A stretch of 64,000 nt of DNA, taken from assembly GCA_032718475.1 (NCBI GenBank), contig JAUCBJ010008568.1, positions 5,792 to 69,791 of the forward strand, written 5' to 3'. Within the stretch, counting starts at the first letter, position 1. Each line of letters starts with the position of its first letter. Shown here one piece after another: positions 1-12,443 of this stretch. The translations under genes and the position numbers were made by a program. This DNA is from Nemertoderma westbladi. Lineage: Eukaryota > Animalia > Xenacoelomorpha. The notes under the pieces were generated by a model that searched no databases, was not told where the DNA came from, and saw only the letters and a list, made by a program, of their open reading frames with translations.

Positions 1-864
1 AAACAGGGCCATAAAAACTGTACAGTCTAGAGGAAACACAGACTTCCGACCACTCACTATTACTTCAATCTTAAAAAAACAAGTCGCGATACTTTGCTAT
101 AACTACTTACATAAATTACTACCACCAAACATCCTACCAACACTACTTACACTCACGTCTACCACGCACAATCACGGTACAAGAAATGCTACTAACGGAC
201 AATGTACTGTACCCCGTAAAAGATTACAGATTGCCAAACAATCCATCAAAGTCAGGGCCCCGGAAGTCTGGAATGGAGTCCCCGAAACTGTGTGGCAGGC
301 ACAATCTATTAGAATCTTCAAATATAAATTACATTCATATCTGGCAGATATGCGTTCTATTGAAGCCTAATCAAACTAAGAAATATCCAACTGTAATTAA
401 TTATCGATAAAACTCTATAATTTTGCACCTTAATCATATAAATTATGTAATCTAAGTACTGTAGTTTGGACCTTCCGCTTCGTTATATTCAATTTACTGT
501 GTTATATTGTATACTGAAATGTTTCCCTTTTTAGACTGCATCCTGCATGATTTATTTACCTACTGTATTACCAATAGTTGTTTTTCATGAGTTGTTAACA
601 TATTTACAGTGCAACATACAGACATACGTATTTACAGTAGCGCTTATTTAGTGTTAGGCCCTACCTACTTAATTACAATGATATACCTACTTATTTACAA
701 ATGTACACGGGGGTTTGTGTAATGGGCCTACCCGACAAGCCTCCGTCTACATTATATAATCATTTATGTACCCGGAACTTAACTTACTCAATTATATGAA
801 ATACTGTATCAATTTGATTATATTGTGTAGTAAATAGTTCATTAAATAAAATAAATAAATAAAA
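1..864 (+). mobile_element. 3' end of a CR1/L2-group LINE (ORF2 C-terminus, 3' UTR, A-rich tail)
   Basis: Hand translation gives HNHGTR...RAPEVWNGVPETVWQAQSIRIFKYKLHSYL* (stop 368-370), the typical CR1-group ORF2 C-terminal motif; (TAAA)n tail at 841-864. Confidence 0.75.
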
Positions 865-924
865 TTCAGACATTCTGATATTCAGTCACTCACAGGTTGG
901 AATTTATGTAGAGTTTGCTCAACA

Positions 925-1040
925 TGTGTGGCGCGCATTTAGGATCCTGGCGCGAAGGAACAGGGGCGTGTGGCGCGCATTTAGGATCCTGGCGCGAAGG
1001 AACAGGGGCGTGTGGCGCGCATTGAGGATCCTGGCGCGGA
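925..1040. repeat. About 3 copies of a 42-bp tandem repeat inside a probable non-autonomous element
   Basis: tgtggcgcgcatttaggatcctggcgcgaaggaacaggggcg repeated; tggcgcgc motifs recur at 1910-1975. Confidence 0.8.
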
Positions 1041-2157
1041 AATGGATGTCATGTACACTAAGTACAGTAGCAAAATGCATTGGCATTTGGCATGGCAACA
1101 TATCCAGCCACTCTACTTCAAATTATATCGGTCTACCAGTAGACAGAGAGTCTATTTTTAAAAAGAGTTAGGCCTAGGCCTTAAAAATTTTTGCTCGCTT
1201 CGCTCGCGTTTGTGTAGATGCCTGCCTATACGCTCTACTCTTATTCATCATTCTAATAACTAAACTATAATAGAATAGGGATATTTGATTACATACAGTG
1301 ATATTTTATTACAATTTGTTTATTAACCTATAGAAGTAGTTCCGTGCCTTGAACTGTTTTGCATTCCCACATTCTGACATTATGCTGTTATGGACAAACC
1401 GACAGATTGAGTGAGCATTGAAGGTACCGTATCCAATCCACGTTAATCATCATGGCCAATCAGGCCAAAGTTTTAATGTCTTTCAAAATATGAGTTGTTT
1501 GAAAGGTTTTTCAATTGTTCACACCAATATAGCCTAAAACCACGATTCAGCAGATTTTCCGTGCTCACTACACTCCGATGTAATTCATAATCACATCTGT
1601 CTGTCTGTAGGTAAAAAATAGACGGTTGACCCAAAAATGTTAAAATTTTCTTGCTCGCTACGCTCGCAATTTAATCACATCTGTATTTAAAAACCTTCGG
1701 TTGACCTACTATCTGAATATTACAGTATTACTGTACATTCATCAGTTCATGTTTACTTTTCTGCAAAATTTTCTTGCTGGCTGGGCTCGCATTTTCATGT
1801 TAAAATACTGTAGGAGTGGGTCTAACTCTATGCCTGTAGCGTAGGTACTGCAGTATAAACTGATAAATGATTACAATAATTGCAAAATGTAATGGTCAAT
1901 CTTTCAATGGTTGGCGCACATTGAATGTCATGGCTGGCGCGCTTTTCGTTTAACCAGAATCTGTGTGGCGCGCTTTTTGTCAATATTCCATATAGGAGTC
2001 ACTGCCAGACTGCACTAACTGCAACACCAGACTGCCAGAGCACTGACTGACTGATCTATGCTAAAATTGGCATTTTTCAAAATTGGAAGTTTTCATGCCA
2101 AAATTTGAATTTTTGATATATTTTCTGTCCAGCAGTCGGCCCTACTGGCCTATCAGC

Positions 2158-2270
2158 GTATTGAAAAGTTTTACATATACGCCGAGGCCGAGCACGTTCG
2201 GCGTAGCACTTCGCACTTAGCACTATACAGCTATAACTTGCACCGGGTGCCGGGAGCTGGCTCAGAAATC
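2158..2270 (+). repeat. Dispersed repeat; inverted homologue at about 32085-32176
   Basis: tattgaaaagtttt...gtgccgggagctggctcagaaat matches the reverse complement of atttctgcgccagctcccggcac...aaaacttttcaata. Confidence 0.6.
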
Positions 2271-2694
2271 TGGAAATGTGCGACGCCGGGCATCCGGACG
2301 GGTCGGCGCAGAGAGTCTGAGCGTAGCACCGGCAATGATCAGATGATAGAGACAGAGAGATGCTGCGCTCGGCACACCAGGCTGCCAGCGCCAGGCGTCG
2401 AAATATGCCCGGTGACGTCGCTGCAGAAATTGACCCAGCGCCGGACAGCTGGAGCAGGAATCAGCCCAGCACACCCGGTGTACATATTTGCCTGGCTGCA
2501 GACCAGGCTGCAAACAGGCAAATGGAGTGCAAAAATCGCAACGCGTTGTGCGCGGTTTTGAAATAGTGCGCGGTAAAAGTGCGCGGAATTAAAATAAAAG
2601 TGCGCGGAATTGTGTGAAAACACCAAAAGCTGAAAAGTGCGCGGTAATCTGTGCAAAATATTAAAAGATATTTATATAGATATATATTATAAAA

Positions 2695-3180
2695 TATATT
2701 TCAACTGAGTTGAAATTTAAGACTTTTTTTAAAATTCAACTTTTAAGTTGTAAATTCAACTCTAAAATGGCAGGAGCCCCATGAGCCCCCCAAGACGTGA
2801 CAGAAGGGGTGTTTTTATTGTTTTTATGGATGTAATTCGAAAAATTAACCCTCATTCAGTCATTACCGACACCGATGGAATAAAAACTTTCACCGCCGAG
2901 AATACTTTTTTATAAAACATTTTAAATGATTACATTTGCAAATTAGCTGAAATACTACGGGAATTTATTAGATGTATTAAAATACCGCTGTATGTCATAA
3001 TTATTATACATTGGAATACAAGAAATGGATTCCAATTCCGTATTTCAGTATTTCCAAAGCTACTCCAAAAGTTGAATTTAAAAAAAAAGTTGAATTTTAA
3101 ACTCTACTCCAAAAGTTGAATTTTAATAAAAAGTTGAATTTTAAAAAATAAAGTTGAAATTTAAACTCAGTTGAAAATAT
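2695..3180. mobile_element. MITE-like element with inverted ends and subterminal aaagttgaatttt repeats
   Basis: atttcaactgagtt at the left end, aactcagttgaaaat at the right end; ttcaact/agttgaa clusters in opposite orientation. Confidence 0.55.
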
Positions 3181-4212
3181 AACTTCTCCCAGACTGCTAG
3201 GTACTCTGATTGCGGACTACTTACTGCTGTGTACTGTTTAATTCAAATACGATTTTAATATTATATTCATAAATTTGACGAACCAGTAAATGTTATGGCT
3301 GATGCCGATGGTACCTTAACGCCACCCCAATCTTTTGTGGATACCCAACCAACAGCCAACACGAAATATCTGCGCTTTTTCGAACTGTTAAGCCAAGAAA
3401 AGTGTGTCATTAGACGATTAAAAGTACTTGGCGGAATCACTGTCGATGCTAAATGCACTTTACTACGAGGCTTTGCGAGAAATCTCGGAGACATGTAAAC
3501 TGGTAGTTGATGCTCAACAAGAATCCATTAAAGCGATTACGATCTCATTTCACTATTCCAGGGACGCAACGGGGATCAGGCTTCTGCTCCCCCGCAACCA
3601 GTTTCTTTTAGTGCGGTACTTTGTAGTACGCCCACAGTGCCTATATCATCATCACCTATTGCTATTACTAGTGCAGTTTGTTCATCATGATTATCATCCA
3701 GATCCGGCACGAACTAATGTTCATCCTCCAAACCAGGGAGGCGGACGCAGCCAGCTTGCCGCTGCCGCTGCTCCCTCCAGTCAGCCAGTCATCTACGTAA
3801 CCCTCCAATCTACGGGTGAAGATTGGGAACTGTACTATCAGCCTCACGTGTTCCAAGTGTTTGACTTACTCATGTTTACGTTGGCAATTTCATTTCTGAT
3901 GTTATGGTTGATGCAGTCAAAGGTTACCTTCATGATCAGTAGATACCATTTCAGGACGTTATCCCCAATCCCCATTCCCAGGCCAACATACTCCGGCGAC
4001 AATCTCAAGATTAATGGATGGTGAGATACCCCAAGCCTTCCACTTTGTTTGCCTACAAGAAGATCGCGATAAACTCATGGATCCTGATCTCAGGGAGAAT
4101 GGCGTAATAATAAGAAATTACAGGCTCACTGATGATGAATGGGCATTGTATAATCTTCGACCACGCACGTTCTGGGTTAACCAGGATCCTGCAGTCTGCA
4201 GATACTGTTGAT

Positions 4213-4702
4213 CCTGTATGGAATCCATCCAAAAAGTGCGCCGGATAGCACGCCGACCAATTTTTGACCGCGCGCCGATGCAATTTCGAAGCAAACCCCG
4301 CCCCAACGAAATTTTTAAGCGCGCCGCACATAGAAACAATTTTGAAGTGCGCCGCACCAATGCAATTTAAATTTTGAAGGAGTGTAACCAGTCTGCCAAT
4401 GTCAGTACTCGGGTATTGCTGTCTGGCTGTACCTGTCCCTGTACAGCAGTAACCATACAATAGAAAAAAATTATTAAAAATTAAAAATTTAGTAATAACT
4501 TTTTAAACAGCTAATGTAATTTTTAAGGCACTTCCGTAATTGTTAAACCAACAAATCGGCGCCGGTTTTTATATTTGGGAGCGCCACGTGCTAAAGCCGG
4601 CGCGCTTTACAATTTTCGAGTGCGCCACGCACCACATTGTTGAGCTTTTATTGTAAAGTGTGCCGGATTAATCCGGCGCAAAGTGTATGGATTCCAGTCT
4701 GG
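4213..4702. mobile_element. hAT-type MITE inserted in the L2 LINE
   Basis: 8-bp target duplication CTGTTGAT (4205-4212, 4703-4710); imperfect TIRs cctgtatggaatccat / atggattccagtctgg. Confidence 0.8.
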
Positions 4703-5138
4703 CTGTTGATTGATGTCTCAGTAACGGTTCTTCGATTTATATAATCAGGGAAAAACTCTCAGAAACTCCCTTTCTTCCCTCCTTGGAAATGTTTTAGTTT
4801 CCCTCCCGGAATCTCCTGCCACTCCATCTTCCCTTCCATCTCTCGCCACCACTGTTTCCCTCCCAGAAACTCCTGCTATTCGAACTTCCCTCCTGGAAAC
4901 TCTCGAAGTTCCGGTTTCCCTCCCAGAACCTCTGCCTGCACCTGATATAGCTGATAATACAAATTTGTCTATCTGTTTCATGAACCCTTGGTTATTAAGA
5001 AATAAATCAATTCAAACATGGGCATATGTTGAAGAAAATGAGCTTGACATAGTATCAATCGCTGAAATGTGGTTAACCGACCTAGATGATGATTATAGTT
5101 TCTTAATCAATGAACTAGAAAGCCAGCAAGCTGGCTAT

Positions 5139-5797
5139 AAGAAGACCATCTATAAGACAATAAAACCGAAAAACTAAATGATAATCTAATCCCCAATCAA
5201 ATATCAATCGCAATCAATATGTAAACCTCTCCCACCCTCCATGCAGCCTTGGAGAAAGCAGAATTAATGTCATGACCAGTTCGGAGTTCTCAACAGACAA
5301 CCCACCCCAAACATTGGATTTACTGAGACACACTCAACACTCAGGCTAGCTTGCTACCTGTCTTCCCAGCTAGCTAGAGTTAAATAATTATACAACTTTG
5401 ATATGATACAGAGAAAATCCTTCCCTATTCACTACCATAGGCAAAGTTCAGGCTGCGTGAGGGAATATTACATATTTATATACTATTTCATTTTTAATCA
5501 ATAAATAATAATACAATTTATATTTAACACTCTAATAAATATAAACTTTGTGAGAATGGAACGCGGTTAATCGACCTGTGCTATTTTTATACAGCATGAG
5601 CTTAATTTTACCCGCTTAAATAATTAATAACCGAAATAAGAACCCAAATAATCGATACATTTCTCTGTATAGTAGCCACGAAGTATAGCACTTCTTACCC
5701 TTCCAAGCCAATATCAATGTGCACAAACATACATACAGACAAACACACACACACATACACACAAACATCAGCAAGAAGCCCTGACGGTCTTCTAATT
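5139..5797. mobile_element. Non-autonomous insertion splitting the L2 endonuclease domain
   Basis: APE coding stops at about 5138 and resumes after about 5800; short inverted motif agaagacc/ggtcttct near the ends; (CA)n microsatellite near the 3' end. Confidence 0.55.
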
Positions 5798-8251
5798 AAG
5801 ATCAACAACTCATATGTTTGATCATCACCCACCTCCCCTCCATCCTGCGGTGGAGGAGTTGGTTTTCTCCATCAAAAGACCTTAAAAAATGGTTTTCTAG
5901 ATTCTAAGATTAAATCTAAAGCTTTTGAGTTTGCAGCTTTGCAATTTAAGACTCTCCATGGTTTAATTAGAATTATTGTTGTATATCGACCTGAATCGAC
6001 TACAAGTGGTGCAATCTATAATGAATTTCTAAACGAATTCGAAGCATTTCTAAGCAATATTTTAGTAACTGGCAATATCATTCAAACTATAATCATTGGA
6101 GATTTAAATATTCATCTCGATTCTAACACTTCCTCATCCTCGGTTGAGCGCTTCAAATATATCTTGAATCGTCACAATCTGGTCCAGCTTATAACAGAGG
6201 CGACACACAGAGCTGGTCACATTCTTGATCTTGACGTATTAATACTACATGAAGATGACTCCAGTTTAATACTTAATGATTCGATAATTATTGACAGCAA
6301 TAATGGCATTTATCCAGATCACTTTCCAATATTACTTAAACTCGTCATTACACACATTTCTCTGGTCTATGATAAATGTGAAGTATCGTCTAATGTCCGA
6401 AAATAGAAGAACGTCGATTTTAATCATCTTCAAAGTCTCATTAGCGAAGTCAACCTAAGCAGTTCAAATGTCTCTGAATTATATGAATCCTACAATGGCA
6501 ATTTGTCTGCAATCGCCAACATTGTTGCGCCGTACAGAGTATCAAGTTTAGGCCAAGGGGTTTTTCCCCATGGTTTATGGCTGACCTTAAAAGGTTTAGG
6601 AACAAAAAACGGAGTCTTGAGAGATGATGGCGAAGAACAAAATCAACAAAGAATATGTTCTTATTTAGACAATCGTGTCTTGAATATTATAGAAAATGTG
6701 AAACAACTTCGGAACTGTTTTATTCAACCAAACTTAACACCTCTAACACAGCTGATTTGTTTAATTTCATTAAGTTCTTAGAAAATAAATGGGAACGACC
6801 TTTACCAAAAGCAGAAAAAACAATCTTGAGTTAGCAGATAACTTTGCAATGTTTTTCGACAATAAAGTAAAGAAGCATTCATACATTCATACATAGCATT
6901 GTCATATAGTCCAAATAACAGTAGCCTTAATGACCAGTCATCAAATTGTACTTACCCTGGATGGTCGAAATTCGAGCTACCTTTGATTAATGATACAAGA
7001 AAAACAGTGTCTAATATGCGCAGCACAACATGTTCCCTCGACCCCATTCCTACTAACATCTTGAAGGAAGGAATCTGGTGAAAATTGGATAGTACTCATT
7101 AATGCTATAACCTGTTTGTCTCTAAGTTCTGGCACCTTCCCCAATAATGCCAAACAGGCCATTCTAAAGCCATCACTTAAAAAAAATAAATCTTGACAAA
7201 GAGACTCTCAATAACTACCGCCCACTGTTTCATTTCAAAAGCCATTGAGAAGACTGTGTCTGAGCAGTTGATCAATCATTTAAATTGTAATGAAATAATA
7301 CCAAATTTTATATATATCCGGCCGGATACAGGAGGCACCACTCCATGGAGACTGTTATGTGCCTTCTACAAAGCGACCTTCTTCAAGTTATTAGTAGAGG
7401 ACACTATGCAGCACTGATATTATTAGACCAATCAGCGGCGTTCGATCTCGTAGATTATCAGATTCTGCTAGATCAATTAAGTAGCATCGGTGTCACTGGG
7501 ACTGTTTACCAGTGGTTTGAATCATACTTATTTAATAGGTCTTACGTTGTCACAATTAATGGCATCACATCGCGGGTTATCAGATTGCTTTCTGGTGTGC
7601 CTCAAGGCTCGCTCCTTGGAGCGATTTAATTTATGATTTATTGTTTTCCTGTTGCTTCAAAATGTGACTTATTGGGTGTTAATTATCACATCTATGTGGA
7701 TGATAATCAGCTCTTTATGGTCTTCAAGTCACTGGCTTCATCAGCTGTTTCTTCTGCAATTCAAGAATGCGTGAGTGCAATAAACCCTACACTAACTCAA
7801 TTGAAGCTGAAGCTCAATGATTCTAAAACAGACATTTTATTAATTGGTAGAGGAGATCAGTTTACAGAGTTTGCATCTACTTTCTCAGTTAATCTTGGTG
7901 GAAAAGTAATCCACGCCGACACATCTATCAAAACACTTGGAGTGACACTAAATAGTGATCTCAGAATGAATACTCATGTTAACAACATAATTCGCATACT
8001 TAATTATCACCTGGGGAAGATAAGGCGCATTCGTAAACACCTGTCCACCGAAATCGCAAAGAAACTAGTAAACGCCCTTATAGTCTCATGTCTAGATGCG
8101 AACAACTGTTTATTATATGGTATTACTGAGGATAAACTTGATAGACTACAAGTGGTTCAAAATGCTTGCACCAGGCTAATCTTTAACCTGCCCAAGTCTG
8201 CTATTTTTGGTGGAATTTCTAAATTTTATTACACGTGTTGAAAGAGCATCG

Positions 8252-8650
8252 ACGTAGAAAAAGATTTGCAAGTAATTTGAGCAAAATCCTTTCACACACT
8301 CAAAAGTTATAGCAACTTTAGTGTCTGCGTGGCGAACTCCAAAACGGAACTCAAGATCCAATTGGTTTATGTTGTTAAGCGGTTCTCTACTACTCTAGTA
8401 AGGTAATAAATATTCGAGAACACTAAATTATTTATCATTGAGCAGGGCAGCATCAGGAATTGAAGAGTTCAATAATTTGAATCGCAATACTGCAATAGCC
8501 AATAACTATGGGAGCAATATAGTGAAATATTACAGTTCAATTTCTTTTGTAACACTAGGCCTATATCGCTCTATACAGCTATATTTTATTAAAGAGTTGA
8601 GTAGGTAACAAAAGGTACCAATTCAAGAATAAAATTACGTATTAACGGTA
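8252..8650 (+). repeat. Dispersed repeat; second copy at about 19194-19490
   Basis: gtagaaaaagatttgcaagtaatttgagcaaaatcc ... tattcgagaacacta ... aaattacg is shared with 19194-19490. Confidence 0.75.
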
Positions 8651-9942
8651 GTTCTAACAGTAGGCCTAGTACCGCAGCCGATTTTCCCCCTTTCTTTTAG
8701 TAAAAACTGAATTTTTTGCCAAATTTTTTACATTTAAAATTAAATCTGTAAATTGAATATTATGATGACTTCGGCACTTCAGTGTGAAATCGTTCAATAT
8801 TCGGTACCGAATTTGCCGAATTATATTTAAAATTCGGTTGATCCATAGACGTGGGGTCGTGGCTCGTGGGTGTACTGAAACCGATTTGAGGAATGTAGGG
8901 CCACCAATCACCGATAGCGGCAGGAGTGGACCCAACACAGATGCCGATAAACAGATAAAGGTGAGGTGCTGACCAGTGACTGACTGTGACACAGGTGCCG
9001 AGTGCCGACTGGCCGAACACAGTTCCGAAATAGGTGCCGACAAAGTGCAAAGGTGAGGTACCGACAGAGGTTTCAAGCTTCCAACACAGGCTGACAGGAG
9101 CACAGGCAGACAGGTGCCGTCACAGATACTGACACAGTCTGACAGTTCAATTTCAGTATATTTTCCAATAATATTTCCAATAATTACAGTTGCCGGCATA
9201 GGTGCCGAATCTAGTATATCACAATCCCATTAGTTAATTATCATATTATTAATTAACCACGTTATATCGCCTTGGTATATTTTCTATCTAATTTAGCATA
9301 GGGCCTAATCAAATTTTCCGTGTGCTAGCATTAGCTAGATTAGCTGGATAATTTAAATTTTTTATCGATTATATTGAAATTTTTAAATCATTTTTAACCT
9401 ACCGGTACCGGTACTGGTACCTATGCGCTACGTAACGTACTGTACATAACCGATACCAATTGGACATACAGGCATAGGCGGATAGGCCTATAAAAGATTA
9501 CATATAAGACTGTAAGATACCGGAAGCGGAAAACTTTTAATTATTTCAATTTTTAAATTATTTTTAAACTATACATAGGCCTACTGGCAGAAATCATTTG
9601 TTTTTAACATGGTGCAAATTGTTGCTATCATGCTATCCTACTGTCAGACTGTACTAGGCCTATATCAAGAGTTTTACAGGGTGCAATAACTGAATAAGCG
9701 CATATGGCTTTCTAGCCCTTTGCTTTACACATTATGCATTATACTATACAATATACATATTACATGACAGTAGTATGACTCTGCTATCTGACAAGGCCTA
9801 TTCTGCTATTATATCCTAATCCTATATTACCTGGATATTAGGTACACACTATTAATAGATATAGCTACCCTACGGTAGTGGCGGTAGTTGTTTATAATTT
9901 TATATTAGCGATTTCTTCAGTTTTATATTAGCGATTTATACA

Positions 9943-10959
9943 ATGGATATTAATAACACAGTAACTTTTGGTAAAACTAACAACGATACTTCCTTAAAAA
10001 TTGAGAGTCAGAATTCTTACCGACGTGAGGAAAGTGATCTAGATGCCCCAACAACCACCACGGTATGCTGCGCAGCGCCTTTCGAGCGCTATAACGGGTC
10101 GTGGTGGTCTCCTAAGTTTAACAACGCAATGATGGAACGACAATACTACACGAGTTCCTTTCCTCTCCGACTCCGGGGATTCCAGACTACCCTAATCTAC
10201 ATCGCCATCGCCTGTCTCACCTTCCTCATCTACTTCGCTGTTATGGCGAAACCTAATCACCAGCTGTTCATAGCCGGCTGCGTTGCATTCGCTCTGGTTT
10301 GCATCGGGTTACTGGTTTTTACCTGCACGCAGCACTACTGGCGATGGCAGTTCACCGCCTCCATTCTCACTGTCGTCCTTTTATTTGTATTATCTTTAGC
10401 GTCGTTCGCTTTTTACTCCGAACTGCTTAAGCCTGATCTGATTACTCTTTCGCCTATCGCCGCTTTTCTCATCACCATCGAGGTCCTCTTCCTCATATAC
10501 GCGGTGCTCCCCCTGCCACTCTACCTCTCCGTCGGTCTCGGCGTTCTCTACAGTATCATCTACGAGCTCCTTTGCTCCGTGAAATCACCCGCAGTGTCAT
10601 CGTACGGGTACGGCTTGTTAGAAGACACTGTAACCGAGTCATACAAACCCTCACAGGTTGTTGTTAAGGTCCTTCTTCATTGCCTTATCCACGCTGTCTG
10701 CCTCCACTCCCATCTGCACATACTACTCCGCAACCGCACCTTGTTCCTCAGCAAGGCTCGCTCCGTCATCGCCAGCAATGAGCTCGAGGCCGAGAAGGCG
10801 CTCAAGGAGAAGATGATTTACTCAGTGATGCCGCGGATGGTGGCCGATAAGCTTATGGAGACGGAGGAGGAGAAACTTAAAAATAAAGAGCCACAATGGG
10901 CAGTAAAGAAGAAACGGAAGGGGAAGAAGGGAAATCAAAGGCAACAACAAGCACCTCAG
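9943..10959 (+). CDS. ADCY9: Adenylate cyclase type 9 orthologue, coding exon 1 (N-terminus and first six-TM cassette)
   Basis: FERYNGSWWSPKF motif, six hydrophobic segments, EKALKEKMIYSVMPRMVADKL linker helix; donor CAG|GTTAGT at 10960, phase 0 (339 codons). Confidence 0.9.
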
Positions 10960-11105
10960 GTTAGTGGAACGGTGTATATTTTTTATATCTGAACATGTTT
11001 ATGTTATTCGTTTCAATTAATCAAAACATACGATATTGTATTGGAAATATACCATTTATATATATATATATAATAATATTATTATTATTATTTTATATTT
11101 ATATA

Positions 11106-12001
11106 CACCATTACCCGTAATATAGCGTCATTTTCTGATGACACGGACCCCCCCCCCCCCCCCCCCCCAAATTTTTCTTCAAATCTTTATCATATTGCTT
11201 GAAATTTGAAACACAACTAGTTCAACTCACCGTGGTTGTTACCATGAAGCTGGAATTTTCGATTTTGCCTTAAAATTTTTTTTATAAGCGTTTTAAAAAA
11301 GTGTATTTTGCGAAATTGCACACCTCCTATCATCGCCATTCTTCACATTATGTCACGTAACAATAACGTATGTCACGTAACAATGCTTGAATTTCATTGA
11401 GAAACAGCTGAGAAATAGGCGTTCAAAGATTGCAAGGATTATTGTTCGCTGCAGGCCATTTATTCTATATAATAAATACACAAAATTCTAGAACGTGTTA
11501 TTTATTTTATGAGTTGGTTGGCAACAGCGGTATGCCTATGCAATATCTATATTGCGTAGCTAATCATGCCTAAACAAATTGTTCCAGAATATTGTTTATT
11601 TATTAAATAGAATAAATGGCATGCAGCGAACGATAATTCTTGCAATCTTTGAATGCCTATTTCTCAGCTGTTTCTCAATTAAATTCAGACATTGTTACAT
11701 ATTTGGAATCCTTTCAACGCAAGGTTTCTATTGATATGAAAAAATCACGACTAATGTGAAGAATGGCGATGATAGGAGATGTGCAATTTCGCAAAAGACA
11801 CTTTTTTAAAACGCTTATAAAAAAAATTTTAAGGCAAAATCGAAAATTCCAGCTTCATGGTAACAACCACGGTGAGTTGAACTAGTTGTGTTTCAAATTT
11901 CAAGCAATTTGATAAAGATTTGTAGAAAAATTTGGGGGGGGGGGGGGGGGGGTGGGGGGTCCGTGTCATCAGAAAATGACACAATATTACGGGTCATGGT
12001 G
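11106..12001. mobile_element. Tc1/mariner-type foldback MITE in the ADCY9 intron
   Basis: TA target duplication; TIRs cacca(t/g)tacccgtaata-type; nearly the whole element is an inverted repeat including poly-C/poly-G arms; a partial right-end copy at about 12195-12322. Confidence 0.9.
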
Positions 12002-12443
12002 TATATCTGTCATCTCGACTGGTATTCATACTTCCGTTGGTGGGCGATGACCAACACATCATTCAATAATATATTGTACTGTTCATCGTCTAAGGAAATC
12101 CTATTACTAGTCGCTATATATAATTATGCTATTGAATTAGGAGGCCAGTCAAACCAATGCTAGTATATATATGAAGATTGGCGGTGTTACGAGGGTGCGA
12201 ATTCGCAAAAAACACTTTTTTAAAACGCTTATATAAAAGTTTTAAGGCAAATTCTAACGGAAGGGGGGGAGGGTTGGTCCGTGACACCAGAATATTACCT
12301 TATTATTACGGGTCATGGTGTATAATTATTATTCGTATAGAAAATATGTATCCGAATATGTTGTGATACTGAAAGTAAACATAACTTCACTGTCTATCAC
12401 GCATTTCCAAGGTTACGAAATTCAACTATTTTAATATATTTAG

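Larger units (their letters stand above)
3290..8240 (+). mobile_element. Degraded, near full-length L2-clade LINE (ORF1 remnant plus frameshifted APE-RT ORF2) with two nested insertions
   Basis: ORF1-like C-terminus FHFVCLQEDRDKLMDPDLRENGVIIRNY (4014-4211); APE motifs CFMNPWLLRNK, IAEMWL, GGGVG, VYRP, GDLNIH, GHILDL, PDHF; RT motifs LLDQSAAFDLVD, SGVPQGSLLG, YVDDNQL, LGVTLNSDL; many stops and frameshifts. Confidence 0.85.

Noticed and set aside
2238-2656. Cluster of GC-rich short ORFs
   Set aside because: They fall within dispersed-repeat sequence and show no domain similarity
11148-11167. Poly-C/poly-G tracts (also near 11935, 16024, 19719, 20269, 33465, 59903) as dedicated G-quadruplex regulators
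   Set aside because: Most lie in or beside recurring MITE/dispersed repeat families, and homopolymer lengths are unreliable in assemblies
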